DNA from: Nitrosopumilaceae archaeon
GTDB taxonomy: Archaea; Thermoproteota; Nitrososphaeria; Nitrososphaerales; Nitrosopumilaceae
Assembly (NCBI GenBank): GCA_965207375.1
Contig: CBDBMG010000003.1
Span: forward strand, 768,001 to 832,000
Direction: 5' to 3'
Length of the DNA: 64,000 nucleotides
In this document: one piece after another, positions 52,519-64,000 of the stretch
How the letters are laid out: every line of letters begins with the position of its first letter
Position numbering within the stretch: the first letter of the stretch is position 1
The notes under the pieces: model-generated
Told to the model about the DNA's origin: nothing
Databases searched by the model: none
Seen by the model: only the letters and a program-made list of their open reading frames with translations
Made by a program: the position numbers and the translations under genes

Positions 52519-53118
52519 ATGTCGTCTGGGGTTAGTCTCGCGTGGCCAGACCGCTTTCTTCCGTTTTATTTGTGGTGGCGGAAATTCACCACAAATAAAA
52601 ACGGAAAAAAGCGGTCTGACCACGCGAGGCTAATCTGGGGTGACTAACAGTGGCGAGGGAGCTAGCCAGCCTGCACTCGTAGATCCTTTAGTATCCGAAA
52701 TACAAGCTATACCTGAAGTAACTACTGGAGTATAAAAAATAGAATAATAACTGCAAAGTAAATGCAATAGTGGAGCATGAGGTTTCAGAGGGAAAACAGC
52801 CAGTTAAGTAAGGCGACACTTGCAAGGAAGTGGGAGAAGAAGTGTCTGCTCAAATCAACAGGGAACTGAAATTTGTGGAGATTGAGTTTACAACAGAGGT
52901 GTTCAAAATTAAAATACGAAATCTTGTCACAGATTGGTGAACCTATATACTAAAATCTTCCACGCTACTAAGGCTACAAGGTGAGTGTGGCAGACATTAG
53001 CTGGGCAAGAATGTTGTAATATTGTCTGGTGGGGTTAGGATTGAAGCCGGTGAAAATCAAGATGATGCCCAATGACACGTACGCCTTTGTGACTTTCAGA
53101 TGTGAGGAGGATAGGAAA
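52519..53118 (+). pseudogene. TRMT2A: Inverted, truncated duplicate of TRMT2A-like exons 1-2
   Basis: Reverse complement of 51538-52013 with a MITE insertion, indels and a deleted acceptor. Confidence 0.9.
52533..52632. mobile_element. 100-bp hairpin MITE of the TAGTCTCGC family
   Basis: TAGTCTCGCGTGGCCAGACCGC / GCGGTCTGACCACGCGAGGCTA with TCTGGGGT duplicated on both sides. Confidence 0.82.
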
Positions 53119-53278
53119 GTTAGTGCTTCATTATGTATATAAATAGAAGTACAGGTGTTTAGATTCTAAATCAGATATCATATTCTGTGCACTAAATCAG
53201 GTATTTCATGGATAATAGCACATTTCTGAAAGTTTAGTTCCTTCAGTTGTACTTTATACCCTGTGTATAATCTGTATG

Positions 53279-53808
53279 TGAGGGGTCCGACACTTCTGTA
53301 AATCTCGTACGCTGCAGTATAAATCAGTGTAAATCACAATCTAAATCATAAATCAAATTGCTTTTTAAATCACGATGAATTACAAAATCTATTCTAAATA
53401 CGAAATTTATTGATAAATACCAATGAAATCTCTATATTTGGTATTGTAACACGTTTACCACGTGTAGCAGAAAAACTCTTAAAGAGAACGAGCACTTTCA
53501 GACGCTTATACTGTTGGTATTGCGGTTATTTCTTGTTGAGTTGCTACGTGATTGGTTGCAGCGAGAATCCTGCGCGATTTAAAATATCAAAAAGGTAATT
53601 TAATACTCAATCGAGTACCAAAATACCATATACAGTAGGCTAGGTTTATAAGACAGGTCTAGTACGAATATACCCTTGATACTTCTGCTGATTTAAATCA
53701 CAAATCGTAGTTATAAATCATAAATCAAGTGTGTAAATCATAAATCAAATTTGAAATCATGTGATTTATAAATCTCGTACGCATTTCCACAAGGTGTCGG
53801 ACCCCTCG
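53279..53808. mobile_element. MITE with AAATC subterminal repeats
   Basis: TIR (C/T)GAGGGGTCCGACAC, 8-bp TSD TCTGTATG; absent from the mirrored arm. Confidence 0.85.
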
Positions 53809-54109
53809 TCTGTATGTGAGTAAAATCATTACTTATGACCAGATATTGTTCCAAGTCACACATTTTATTTACTGTTACATGTTAATATCTTATGTGGAAT
53901 ATTGACACTTCCGTGAAGTGTCAACAGCATAAAGCCAGTTTAAATGTGTATACATTGCTATGCATGTGTTCCTTAGTCATGAATCTTCCTCATTATATTC
54001 TTAACAATAGCAGTAGATTAAAATTTATTTCTTACATAGCACCAAGTTTAATGGTGTTTGTATAAGTAGTCAACTGTGCATGGCTTCATGAATTTCTACA
54101 AACGTTAGA

Positions 54110-54210
54110 GTACTTCGCGATTGTTTCGTGTAAAATTGGCGACATAACGAATTATGCGAAGGTTTGCGAACCTATCGCGATACTGTCGTTACCTTTTTTG
54201 CATTGTACCG
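54110..54210. mobile_element. Orphan right end of a CGGTA-family element
   Basis: TTTTTTGCATTGTACCG-TA preceded by TCGCGA motifs. Confidence 0.6.
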
Positions 54211-54510
54211 TAGGTGCCTTTACTATTTGAAGCAGTGGTATATAATACTATTATAAATGGTATTTACGGTATGTTGCATAAAAAGTTTGTGAAATTAACG
54301 CGAATAGTCGTTACACCTTTGTGAAGCAATAATCGTGAAGCTGTTCGTGAAACAGTAATCATGAAACAGTAATCATGCCATTTGTTGAGAGAATGGCAGA
54401 CATGAAGTCATTGAGAATTTGCTATGACCTGTTTACATTATCTTAATTAGTTTTAATTGTATTAGACCCAAATGATAATTACTTGGTGTAAGATACTGGC
54501 TTGCTTCGTG

Positions 54511-54625
54511 GTGAAAGCTACCTTACTTCGTGAAAGCTACCTTACTTCGTGATAGCTACCTTACTTCGTGAAAGCTACCTTACTTTGTGAAAGCTACCTT
54601 ACTTCGTGACAGCTACCTTACTTCG
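54511..54625. repeat. Tandem repeat, 6 x 19 bp GTGAAAGCTACCTTACTTC
   Basis: Direct inspection. Confidence 0.9.
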
Positions 54626-55500
54626 CAATTGAAACTTCCTCTGAAGCGATGCACTGGTTTTCTTTGTTTCGTCGATAAAAAACTTTGCCCTTCACGGTAC
54701 GAGCCGCCTTTTTTTGAAGCAATTACCGATATATTATCAGATGCAGAATCACGTGAGGAACAAAATGGCGCAAGTTGTTTTGTAATAGGAGCAATGACGG
54801 CCAAGTTATGGCCGCTTTTCTAAATGCATGCAGGCGAAAAGGAAGAAGAATGATTTCTTTTGTTATTTTGAGCCTTCCTGAGGACGGATGATTTTATCGG
54901 AGCTGCTTGCCAATGTGACCATTCGAATCAGAATTTAATGGTGAGTAATAATATAATTTAAATGTTTTTATAGGCCGTATAATATTTAAGCTAGCCCTGT
55001 TTGTTTGCTTGCGTGTGGTTAAAAACCAGTATACTGGCTAATGCGGGTTATAGACCCTAAACGCATAAGCCAGTATACTGGCTTATGCGGGTTAGAGGGT
55101 TAAATGGAATTATAGTCAGCTTGTACAGCACTCTTTTGTTCACTTAACCACAATTTCGTTAACCTAAAATTGATGATCATCAAATAGAAATGTGATCTTG
55201 TAAGGTGCTAACTAATTGCGGTTTACTATGATCTATTTCTTGATGGTGAGCAATGGTATTAACACTACGTAAGTATAAGCAGGACATTTAGGGTTGGCTA
55301 TTTTTGAAATTCCTGATTAGTTACTTGGTAAGCATGCCAAATGTATTCCCAAAATGTGTTTTCCATTTTTGTGCTTGTAATTTATCATTCATTGAACAGT
55401 GGTGAATTTTGACATCATTAACATAGAGAAATACTGGCTAAATTACTTAACTAACTAATTTTAATTACAATCAAAACATAATTCTTTAATTAATTTAATG

Positions 55501-57416
55501 TTAAGAGAAAATTTTCTTCCTTGCTGCAGTACGGAGAGTTTGACATGATTTTGATAAGGATCCCCTGCATTGCTTCCATATAGCTTCAAAGTGTACATCT
55601 GGCATATTGGGCACACGAGATTTTACCACATTTTTGATTAATCCAACTTCTTCTTATTTAACCCACCAGTTTTATTTCTTCCACTCAGACTGCTTTTGCA
55701 TAGCTCTTCTTTGCCAAATATTGCCTCTCGTGCCAAGGCAGTAGTCAATTTTCGTAATGTTGCAACATCTGACCCAGGATAATCCTTCATGACTTGTTCA
55801 ACTGGCACCAACTTAGGAGGTGTACTGAAAGGTGGTGGTGGTGCAACATCTGACCCAGGATAATCCTTCATGACTTGTTCAACTGGCACCAACTTAGGAG
55901 GTGTACTGAAAGGTGGTGGTGGTAAAGCTGCAACTGAATGTGATTCCGACATCTGATTGGCTGGAGGTAGTGGCCGATGCATTGGATTAACTGGAGGTGT
56001 TGGATGGGACATCAAATTGGTTGGAGGTATTGGCTGATACACTGGATTGACTGGAGGTGCTGGCTGATACACTGGATTGGCTGGAGGTGGTGGCTGGGAC
56101 TTTGGATTGGTTGGAGGTGTTGGCTGATACATCAGATTGGCTGGAGGTGTTGGCTAGGACATCGAATTGGTTGGAGGTGTTAGCTGATATACTGGATTTG
56201 CTGGAGGCATTGGCTGGGACATCGAACTGGTTGGAGGTGTTGGCTGATACACTGGATTGGCTGGAGGCATTGGCTAGGACATCAAATTGGTTGGAGGTGT
56301 TGGCTGATACACTGGATTGGCTGGAGGTGTTGGCTGGGAGGTTGGAGGTGTTAGCTGATACACTGGATTTGCTGGAGGCATTGGCTGGGACATTGAATTA
56401 ATTGGAGGTGTTGGCTGATACACTGGATTGGTTGGAGGTGGCGGCTGGGACATCAAATTGGTCGGAGGTGTTGGCTGTACAGCATTTGATGGACCAGCAG
56501 ATTGTTCACTTTGTTCACCAGGTCCTGATGACAAACAAGATTGCCATGATGGAGAATCTAAAAAATCAAGTTCTTCATCTGTGGTACATGTAGTGGCATT
56601 TAAATCATCCGATAGCAAAGCTTCCAGTGTCATCTGCTGGTAAGATTGAGCTGGTGTATTTGCTGAGATTGTATTAGCTGAGATTGTATTAGCTACTGTG
56701 GGTACAGGATTGCTTGGGGCTGGAATAATCTGTGTATTTTGTGGTACCACCTGGGACAATAGTCTTATTATTTCCTGCTGCTGCTCAACCAGTTGTCCCA
56801 AAAGTTTTTTGTTGCTTGCTGCTTTATCTACATGTAATAGCCAATACAAAAAGCTTTAATAACATTATGTACATAATATAGTTGTATACAAATCACCTTT
56901 GTTTACTGTTGTTTCTCCTGTAGAGCTTTTATTACTGATTTGCAAGACATTAGCTTTCGATTTGTTGTCACCTGTAAGAGGGTCCACATAATTCACCACA
57001 TGCACAGTACCTAGTGTAGCTACAACTCACATTTTTTTCTTTTATTTGATTTTGGCTTTTCACTTTGTGTGTTCCTTTTTTTGTTAGTTGTTAAAGTTGA
57101 AGTAGTCATTTCTTTACATACTTCTGAATAATTGTTTTATAAGTAAGCCAATAAAGCCATAGATACATCTACCTGATGATTTTGCAGTGGCATCAATGAA
57201 AATTCCTTTCCAGTGAGTAAGTTTTCCTTTAGATCTCCAAGGCACTACTATCTCTGCACCATGAACCAGCTCAGTTTGATCGTACAACTCATCCAATATG
57301 TCAGCTTCAATCCAGGTCTCCTTTCCACCCCACCTTTTGGAGTTGTTCCCTTTAAATTGCATTATATAGCATTTTGGCTTTTCACTGACACAGCTTTCAG
57401 CATTAGTAGTAGCCAT
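55501..57416 (-). pseudogene. BEN-like accessory gene, copy 2, with a Pro-rich minisatellite
   Basis: Exons about 57173-57416, 57031-57123, 56897-56971, 55501-56827. Same N-terminal domain (FKGNNSKRWGGKETW...VPWRSKGKLTHW) and C-terminal domain as copy 1; in-frame stops. Confidence 0.72.
55960..56478 (-). repeat. Coding minisatellite, 30-bp unit (QPTPPANPVY / QPTPPTNLMS)
   Basis: Repeated GGTTGGAGGTGTTGGCTGATACACTGGATT variants. Confidence 0.9.
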
Positions 57417-57732
57417 TGTTGCATTACATTCATGCAAATCATTGTTTGATAATGCATTAGTTGTGTATTTACAGCTGTGTTTGCTCTATAGGGGCTGGCA
57501 TTTGCTTTGTTAACTTGGCTTTATTAGCTTGCTATAACTCGCCATGCATTCTTGTGCAAGCTTCGCGAAGTACACTGCATACAGAATCTTTATGCCTGTT
57601 TGCAATTTAAAACCGAATTGCACAGTCTGCTCACGTGTTCATAATTTAGCGCTTAAGCTCCTTGAAACTGCATGCGTGCCATTCAGTAGCGCGTAATAAC
57701 ATGATAACCGGCAGTTGAGGAACTCGTTGAGG

Positions 57733-58719
57733 ATGTCAAGTTATGAACCCAAGAGGACTAGTGCTTATTCCAAGGATTTAAGGTGGCGAATGATTTACCA
57801 GAGATTAGGTTTGGATTTAAGTTTTAGAGCCGTTGCGGACAACTTAGGCATTGATTCATCTACCGTTCATCGAACTGTTGAACTGTTTTTAAAAACTGGA
57901 GATGTAGAGAAAAAGAAATATGATGGATCCAATTTAATAAGAAAAGTGACAGATGAAATAAAGTATTTTATTATCCATGTTGTGCTAGACAATCCCGGTA
58001 TAATGGTGCACGAGATACAAAATGAAATTTTGACAACTTTTAACACGAGGATGGCAGAGTCTACGATTTGTCAGATTTTGCATAAGTTACAATTTTCCAG
58101 GAAAAAGATGTGTATTGCTGCTACACAACAAGATGAAATGCTGCGTGCATTGTTTTTCTTTCTACAAGGCTAACATGTTTGTGTTCCTTGATGAAACTGG
58201 GACAGATAGAAGAGATGTAATTTGCAAGTACGTATGCATATGGAACCTATTGTAGCACAGAAATTATTAGTGAGGGGTCAGCATCTTTCTACAATAGCAT
58301 TCATGAGTACAGCAGGTTTGCTAGATTGTGCCACCATAACTGGTGGCATAAATGGTGATGTGTTTTATGAATTTGTTCACAGTAAACTGCTGTATCATTT
58401 AAATCCATTCAATGGATCTAATTCAAAATCAATAATAATTATGGATAATGCCTCAATTCATTCTGTTGAAGGCATTGTTGAAATGATTCAACAGGTTGGT
58501 GCAATAGTAATATTTCTCCCTCCATATTCACCAGACTTCAATCCTATAGAGGAATTGTTTTCTAAAGTGAAAAAGAAAATTAAATGGTATGAAAGTGACC
58601 TGCATAGCAATGAAATGGATTTACAAACTGTAATACAAACTTCTTTTTGTCATGTAACCCCTGAGGACTGCTGTGGGTGGATTGCTAGTACTGGCATTTA
58701 TCACATGGACCAAGATTAA
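57733..58719 (+). pseudogene. IS630-like DD34E transposase, frameshifted
   Basis: AYSKDLRWRMIYQ HTH start, VFLDETG, IMDNASIH, LPPYSPDFNPIEE; frame breaks near 58150-58240. Confidence 0.88.
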
Positions 58720-58851
58720 ACATATAAACATATATATCTATAGCCACATCTTTAGCCATGTGCATTAATCAAACAATTTTCATGCATGTACATACGTATA
58801 TAAATAAAGTTATTGATCACATATAGCTATAAGGGTTTATATTGGTTCATG

Positions 58852-59732
58852 TTAATGGGTTAACTTTCTTAATGAGTCTAGCACTAACTGCTTTTATTCA
58901 ATAAACTCTTGCTGTGTTAACACATTTTGCTCCAAGAGTGCTTGTAGCTCACGTAATTCCTGTAATTTCTTCATTCTGAGGTCAGTTATTTTACTTGGGG
59001 ATATTCCAACACCATTAGACTGAGTGGTGTTAGGGGAGGCCATACTAGTGGAAATACTGTTGGAATTATTGTTGTTATTCTCAATCACTAATGAAGCACT
59101 AGTTGGTGGGGGCTTTACAGCATCTGTAAAAGTTTTAACAGCTCCAGTAATAGCATCAGCTAAAGACATCTGCTTAGATTTCTTTGGTTGATTGACAAGA
59201 AACTTATAACATCCTTACTATCATACTTACCAGTCATTATTAGCCTTGCCCAGCACCTGAGTTGTGGAATAGAATATTTATTGCCATGCTTTGTTTTCAA
59301 CTGTTGATATATCTCTTCTAGTTCATCTTCTATTTGCTGTCGTTTAGACGGTGGCTCGTCTTCAGCTTTTTTGTGTCGCTTACCCTCTAATTGCTATTGA
59401 TTCCTTGCTTCACACCACAACATAAAGGTTCCTTTTAATTTACTTAAATTCTTATTCATGTTTTCTAAATCCTTCTGACACATCAGCCAATACTTTGTCA
59501 ACTGCTTACCAAAAAAGTACCCTACTTTAAAATCAATGGTTTCAGGTAACAAGGTGCCAAGCTCATTCATAAGTTTCACCTTGACTTCAGCGATCGAGTG
59601 AAATTTTTCATGAAAGCTATGAAAATCTCGTATTATGAAATCACTCTTTTTGGCTGGGTTAATTATTTTTACTCTAGTCATACTCTTCCTACAATAAAAA
59701 CAAAACATGATAAGAACCGTACATGCAGCCAT
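58852..59732 (-). pseudogene. Uncharacterised transposon accessory gene, convergent with the IS630-like transposase
   Basis: Spliced and stop-interrupted frame: DFKVGYF...LWCE, QLRCWARLIMTG, and a C-terminal LRELQALLEQNVLTQQEF resembling SHOCT-type oligomerisation helices. Confidence 0.6.
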
Positions 59733-60673
59733 TTTACATGTAAAGCCTTCAACCCTTTCGTCCTCCTGCCAAACTCTAAAAATGACGTAATTCAGGTAAC
59801 CGAATAAAACAGTAAGTTGATTCAACGATACATCTAACAACAAATTAACTCACAATGATTGGCTCTTCAGAAGTTAAAACCTCGGTTTCAGACGAAATGA
59901 GCAAAGAATCATACAAGGGATCCATTTTAACACACTAAAATCATGTCAACAATATTTAAACGCTGGTGAGCTGTACGGATTACGGATTACGAATTTAAGT
60001 TGCAAGTTTCTGTGAACTGTCTGTAATTTTGCCTAACAGTTATGCACGCCTCGCAAAGTATTATTACATTCTGGGCAAAGGTTTGCGAAGTACGCCGGTA
60101 CACGCCCAATTATTATAGGCTATATACATATCGTGACGTAGCGGCTATTCGCCAAAAGTTTGGCTAAAGCGGTTAGCCTCAGACACTCAGCTTGCGAAGG
60201 TACCGCTTTAGGGCAGCAAAGAACGCAGGATACTTTGCAAAGGTATTTGCTTTGCATGCAAAAGGATATAGTGATGATAGTTTGGCGTGGCCTTGCCTCT
60301 ACACGCTCACTAAATTATTTAGATGCATCTGTTAGGCTTGCTGTTAGGTTAGCCATACCGTTAAATAGACCATGCACACGTAAAGCACGACCATGGACGT
60401 GTAAAACGCACTGTGCTATACGAGAAGTATGCAGGATACTACGCGAAGGTTTGCATTGTGTGACAAATTATGCCTCGCTTCGCAATGCATCGCATACGTA
60501 GTTCTTGTAAGTATTCTGCATACGTACGTATATACAGTACCACGACTCACGAAGTATGTCATTGATTGCAAATCGCGTGACAATTTCGCAAATAACTTCG
60601 TGATTTAGCGCCTTACGCAAAACTTCACGAATGTATCACGACCAACTCGCAAACTTTTTTATGCAAAGTACCG

Positions 60674-61233
60674 TAATATGGAGTGATGAGACCACTGTGC
60701 AGTTAGAAACTCATCGACATTTCTGCTACTGAAAAATAGGAGAGAAGCCTAGATTAAAGCCCTGCCCTAAACATCCCATCAAAGTCCATGTGTGGACGGG
60801 CATTAGTAAAAAGGGAGCCACCAATGTCTGTATTTTCGAGGGAAAGATGGATGCACCACTTTTTTGTCAGATTCTTTGGCAGACACTTGTACCATTCATT
60901 CAAGAGAAGTTTCCTCCGCCTGCTCTTCACAAGCTGATGCAGGACAACGATCCAAAACACGCCTCCTGTTATGCTCAAAATTTCTATGAAGAAGCTGGAA
61001 TTAACTGGTGGCAAAAACGCCACCTGAGTCGCCTGACTTAAACCCGATCGAAAATGTCTGGCATGAACTTAAAGAACACCTGCGAAGAGAGGTAAAGTCA
61101 AGAAACAATCAGGAACTTATTGATGGTGTTTCTCAGTTCTGGGCCACAGTTAATATACACAAGTGTTTATGCTATATTAATCACTTGAGAAACAAAAGTT
61201 ATTGAAGCTAATGGTGATGCTACCGGCTACTGA
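60674..61233 (+). pseudogene. 3' half of a Tc1-like DD34E transposase related to 27434-28441
   Basis: IWSDETTVQL...KHPIKVHVW...MQDNDPKH...PESPDLNPIENVW...NGDATGY-stop, with a stop and frameshifts. Confidence 0.88.
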
Positions 61234-61849
61234 CTCAACATGCCATTATACAGCTGTTTTGTGATTTATGTACGTACTTGTCTTACTTATACTGCATGAT
61301 TAATCATTTTTATGCATGCATTATTGTGTTGTAACTTTTAAAGTTTAACAAAATCTATTCTGTGATTGGCTATAATTAACAAAATGGAGACGGCCAAAAA
61401 GATATTGTAATGTCTCAAGAAGCTTGTGGAATAGGGGTTGGATAAAAGCTATAGTAAGAACATAATGTTGCTATGGGTGTTGTGAACTCAGCATAAAATA
61501 ATGGGTTCATAACGTCATATGAAAGATAATCGCCATTGCTTGTTGGTAAGTGCGATGCTAATTAATCAGTCAACTGTATAATTTTACTGTTTATGTTCAG
61601 TGCAGAGGCAGACTAAATGTTTACAAATATCCAAATCTGTGAACTGAATTCTTCAGTCCATCACCAAAACATTAGGATACAAGCCTGCTATATCATGTTA
61701 ACTTGTAATTACTAGCTACATGCATGAGACCGATTTAAAATACTAAAGACATCTAAATTATCCACTTGATCATATAATATTTTCCTAAGCATACATACAG
61801 CATTAATTTCTATAAATCATCAATATTGTTAGATATGGATCAAAGTCAA

Positions 61850-62880
61850 AGTGTTCTCCTTGCATTGATCCTAAGGGTTTGACATGACTTGGAAATTGAT
61901 GATCTACACAGTGTCCAAATGTTCTCAAGATCTATATCTGACATGGAGGGACGTCGTGAATGCACCACGGTTTTGATGTAATCCATTTTTTTCTTATCAA
62001 GACTTCCAGTATTTTCCTCCCACTTAAACTACTTTTAATAAGCTCGTCTCTGCAAAAATTGCATCTCTTGCTAAAGCTTTTGCCAATTCTCTAAGTGAGT
62101 TAACATCAGTACCAGGATAATCATCACTTGCTCTACTTCACTTGCTCTACTGGAAAAAGTTTCGGTGGGGTGGAAAATGGTGGTGGCGGTGGAATCATTC
62201 GTTTCTGTGGTATGTTATTTTGTGGTGTAGACCATGAAGATACTGTGTGGCAAAGAGGTCCAAGTCTTCAGTTCCACTCTCCAGCTCTATCAACAAATCA
62301 TCTGAAAGGGAATGTAAACTTTGTGTTGCATCAGAACATGAGGAATGTTGTTGGAATGAAGAAAATATCATCTGCTGAGTAACTGGTGTGCAGCTGTTTT
62401 GCCTGTGTGACTGTAAGCTGGATTGTTGTGGAGTGATGCCTTGCTGTAAGGAGGCCGAGGAAGACTGTCCAAACTGCTCAGTGTTCTGATGTAGTTGAAG
62501 GGTTTCTTGCAAGGGATATGAAGTAGCTGATGGCTGTTGCTGTAACTGATGAGAGAAAGAAGGATCCTGCTGAGACGATAATGGCTGATATTGTGAGTAA
62601 TTAGAATTCTTCATCAATTCAGGAGGCCGTAAGTTCTGATTGGCAGGTGATTGCTAAGAATTTTGCTATTTCAAGTTAAATTCAACTACGTATATTGGAC
62701 AGTAAACTGATTATCTGCTGTTGTTGCTCAAGCAATTTCCCAAGATTATTACCTATGTAAACAATATGAAGTAACCAGCTATGATTATACTTTACACTGA
62801 AGAGAGAGGCTTACCTTCAAGGGTAGAAATATTGTTTTCATTCTTGAGCTGTTCATTACTAGTGTGTTGTTGTACATCAT
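61850..62880 (-). pseudogene. BEN-like accessory gene, copy 3, degraded
   Basis: PPPPPFSTPPKLFPVEQV...YPGTDVNSLRELAKALARDAIF...LDKKKMDYIKTVV; convergent with the 60674 transposase remnant. Confidence 0.7.
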
Positions 62881-64000
62881 CTTTATGAAGTTGATTATAT
62901 GATCGTCCTGTCATACTATTGTTTTCTAAAACATATTCATATGGTTACTTCATTGTTACTTTGTATCATTAAGTATGGTAGTACTTAATAGTAGGGATTG
63001 TTAGGAAATCATATGGCTTCTGGAAAAATCGCACTCTAAAAATCAACCTTGCAATAGGCTTTACCCGAAAAAACCGACTGGAATGCATTGGTAAGGCTGT
63101 AATAATGCTGTACCTTGGTTAAACGAAGCGACAAGTCGAATATTTCCACCTACAGCCAACTTTGAAAATTTCGAAATTCACCTGTATTTCATCTGCCAGC
63201 CTGCCTGCCTGCCGTAAGACCGGGTTGCGCTAGGTGTAGGGCTCCAGAAATTTCACATAATAAAGGTAATGGCAGCAGATGTACGAAAATGTTGTTCCGA
63301 AGGCGATTTACCCACTGCGCGATGGCGATTCCTTTTATCCTTCATTCCCTTCCTTGTTCTTCTATATTCCTTTAGCAAGGTGCAACTCTCACCGAAAGTG
63401 ACGATAGCCTGTAATGGCATCTGCTTATTACGTCACACAAAAACCTGGCTTGCACGTGATATAATTAGTACCGTAAGCACCTGTAACATTTTGTGCTCCT
63501 GTAACATTTACAAGCGCCTGTAAACAAGCATAATAATTATTATTATTACACATTTTGTGCACCTGTAACTTTTTGTGCGCCTGCTAAAGATTATTGAATG
63601 CTTAGCATGCCCTTATAAAAATTTGCATGCATGCGTACACATGCCATAAGAAAACTTTTAGTAACATAATGTTTGTAAACTGCATAAATGCATTTGGCCC
63701 CCATGCACACATACAGTTTATTTGCATGTTAGTGCATGCATGCAGTTTGCATATGCATGCAGACACGCTCACAAGGTCAGTTAGAATTATCTTGCACACA
63801 TGCAGCATGTGTGCAGCATGTGTGCAGCTGTTTATAAACATGTGCTTTTTATTTGCATGCATTAAATAAGTTCACCATAAATAAATGATTATCATACATG
63901 ATCAGTGTTCTACATGTATACAATAAATGCCTTACATCTCCCATGTTCTTTAGTGTTCTATGAGCCACTGAACAGGCACTGTTGATGACAACATTTATGG

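Larger units (their letters stand above)
54267..60673 (+). mobile_element. Second CGGTA-terminus element with three genes (BEN-like, IS630-like transposase, unknown accessory gene)
   Basis: TA-CGGTATGTTGCATAAAAAGTTTGTGAA ... CGCAAACTTTTTTATGCAAAGTACCG-TA; the TIRs are imperfect, so the pairing is not certain. Confidence 0.72.

Noticed and set aside
54511-54625. CRISPR-like array
   Set aside because: Head-to-tail 19-bp units with no unique spacers, in a eukaryotic context.
55020-55103. piggyBac-like right end (GGG-TTAA) with CCAGTATACTGG palindromes
   Set aside because: No matching left end was found, so the element cannot be delimited.
55977-56643. Plus-strand Trp-rich and LEVLA-repeat ORFs
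   Set aside because: Antisense readings of the Pro-rich minisatellite.

Overview
AT-rich eukaryotic (invertebrate animal) DNA with very short introns; the gene style suggests a sponge-like genome, but that is inference. One host gene dominates: a 19-exon TRMT2A-like tRNA m5U54 methyltransferase on the minus strand (15970-52013). It carries several disabling lesions, and a head-to-head inverted partial copy lies at about 52270-54050. Its introns hold five tRNA-Arg genes or pseudogenes, tRNA-Asp remnants and many MITEs. The rest of the window is transposons: a tyrosine-recombinase retrotransposon gag fragment, a MULE element, a two-gene P-superfamily element with 27-57 bp micro-derivatives, and a family of TA-targeting DD34E (Tc1/IS630-like) elements with CGGTA termini. 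That last family carries intron-containing accessory genes (a BEN-domain-like gene in three copies) and has TCGCGA-rich ends. Comparing repeat copies shows recurrent TA-to-TACGTA and TA-to-TAGCTA 4-bp insertions; TACGTA is the excision footprint expected from CG-ended elements, and one such insertion frameshifts the TRMT2A-like gene. All family assignments come from remembered motifs, not database searches.
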